Source: an uncultured Flavobacteriales bacterium
GTDB lineage: Bacteria; Bacteroidota; Bacteroidia; Flavobacteriales; BACL11
Reading direction: 5' to 3'
Assembly: GCA_905479165.1 (NCBI GenBank)
Contig: CAJQLK010000016.1
Location: 1-40,329 of the forward strand
Length of the DNA stretch: 40,329 nucleotides
Of the stretch, positions 39,090 to 40,329 are shown one piece after another. Position numbers and translations under genes: made by a program. The notes beneath the pieces are model-generated. The model worked only from the letters and a program-made list of their open reading frames with translations. It was not told the origin of the DNA and ran no database searches. How positions within the stretch are numbered: position 1 is the stretch's first letter; every line of letters begins with the position of its first letter.

Positions 39090-39356
39090 TTATTTTAAAT
39101 TATCAGCTACGTATGGTAAAAGTGCAATTTGTCTTGCTCTTTTTACTGATACAGCTAATCTTCTTTGGAACTTTAAAGAGTTGCCAGTAATTCTTCTTGG
39201 TAAAATCTTTCCTTGTTCGTTTAAGAAACGTATTAAAAATTCAGGGTCTTTGTAGTCAATGTAATTGATTCCCATTTTCTTAAAACGGCAATATTTGTTT
39301 TGATTCTTTAACTCAACATCTACAGGGGATAAATATTTGATATCTGTTTTTGCCAT
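39090..39356 (-). CDS. rpsR: 30S ribosomal protein S18
   Basis: [34 protein letters not shown]. Confidence 0.97.
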   Translation of the reverse strand: MAKTDIKYLSPVDVELKNQNKYCRFKKMGINYIDYKDPEFLIRFLNEQGKILPRRITGNSLKFQRRLAVSVKRARQIALLPYVADNLK

Positions 39357-39358
39357 GA

Positions 39359-39706
39359 TTAGTTCGCTTTAATGTTAGTACTCATTTTCTTTTTCCTTCT
39401 TTCAGCATATTCTAAAGCGAATTTTTCTAATTTGACAGTTTGCCATCTAATTACGCGCTCATCTCTTTTGAATTCAACTTCTAAATCATTAATAATTTTT
39501 CCGTCTGCTTGAAATTCAATCAGGTAATAAAAACCTGTATTTTTCTTTTGGATTGTGTACTTTAATTTCTTCAACCCCCAGTTTTCCTCTTGAGTAATAG
39601 TTCCTTTGTTTGCCCTAATATGGTCAACAAATTTCTTTACTGTTTCCTTTATCTGATCATCAGATAAAACGGGATTCATTATGAAAACAGTTTCGTAAGT
39701 GTTCAT
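39359..39706 (-). CDS. rpsF: 30S ribosomal protein S6
   Basis: [30 protein letters not shown]. Confidence 0.97.
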   Translation of the reverse strand: MNTYETVFIMNPVLSDDQIKETVKKFVDHIRANKGTITQEENWGLKKLKYTIQKKNTGFYYLIEFQADGKIINDLEVEFKRDERVIRWQTVKLEKFALEYAERRKKKMSTNIKAN

Positions 39707-39752
39707 CTTATTCTTATTTTTGTTAATAAATTAATTAATTTTTTACGGGCGG

Positions 39753-39760
39753 CAAATGTA
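39753..39760 (-). promoter_or_regulatory. -7 promoter element of the rpsF operon
   Basis: TACATTTG(CC) on the minus strand, 46 nt upstream of rpsF. Confidence 0.7.
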
Positions 39761-39873
39761 GTAAAAACATTCAAATTCACATAATTACTAACACATTTTA
39801 ATTTAATGATTAATTTGTTCGATATTTTACAATAAATATTAGTTTTGTCTTTCGTATTTTTAATTGAATTTTA

Positions 39874-40329
39874 ATGAGTGATTTTATTGTTTCTGCTAGA
39901 AAGTATAGGCCTACAACTTTTGATACTGTTGTTGGGCAATCTTCAATTACTTCTACTTTAAAAAACGCAATTAAATCAAATAAATTAGCTCAGTCATTTT
40001 TATTTTGTGGACCTAGGGGGGTTGGTAAAACTTCTTGTGCTCGTATTTTAGCAAAAACTATAAATTGCGAAAATATTACTGATAATGTGGATGCTTGTAA
40101 TGAGTGTGTTTCTTGTAAATCTTTTAATGAAAATGCGTCATTCAATGTTCACGAGTTAGATGCTGCTTCTAACAATTCAGTTGATGACATTCGAACGTTA
40201 GTTGATCAGGTAAGGTTTGCTCCTCAAGTTGGAGAATACAACATCTATATTATTGATGAGGTTCATATGCTATCAGCTCAAGCTTTTAATGCTTTTTTAA
40301 AGACTTTAGAAGAGCCTCCAAAGCATGCT
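39874..40329 (+). CDS. dnaX: DNA polymerase III subunit gamma/tau, 3'-truncated by window edge
   Basis: Not in the ORF track. Translates MSDFIVSARKYRPTTFDTVVGQ...FCGPRGVGKTSCARI...ELDAASNNSVDDIR...IIDEVHMLS..AFNAFLKTLEEPP; TAGTTTTG box at 39840-39847. Confidence 0.97.
   Translation, partial: MSDFIVSARKYRPTTFDTVVGQSSITSTLKNAIKSNKLAQSFLFCGPRGVGKTSCARILAKTINCENITDNVDACNECVSCKSFNENASFNVHELDAASNNSVDDIRTLVDQVRFAPQVGEYNIYIIDEVHMLSAQAFNAFLKTLEEPPKHA

Overview
AT-rich window from a Bacteroidota chromosome, most likely a marine Flavobacteriales-type organism (T9SS C-terminal domains, TAnnTTTG promoters, DUF5606/DUF5777 genes, pyrG-yidC and holA/HsdR_N synteny). The first 16.7 kb are a tightly packed 11-gene operon (485-16674) for beta-1,3-glucan (laminarin) use. 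It encodes a T9SS-secreted GH16, a GH158-like endoglucanase, a GH3 beta-glucosidase, a Na+/glucose symporter, four non-catalytic putative glycan-binding proteins and an NrtR/AraR-type repressor whose predicted GT-N7-AC operator overlaps the operon promoter. The operon has no SusC/SusD pair. Two translationally coupled, distantly paralogous, uncharacterised outer-membrane beta-barrel proteins and two lipoproteins sit in that position, suggesting a SusCD-independent glycan uptake system. The rest is mostly core genome (pepF, lhgO, purB, mqnA, yidC, pyrG, a TonB-dependent receptor, holA, SulP, aconitase, rpsF-rpsR-rplI, dnaX), plus a cytochrome c-YceI-DUF5777 module and two adjacent nonsense-mutated small membrane-protein pseudogenes. 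All calls come from reading motifs by eye; no searches were run.
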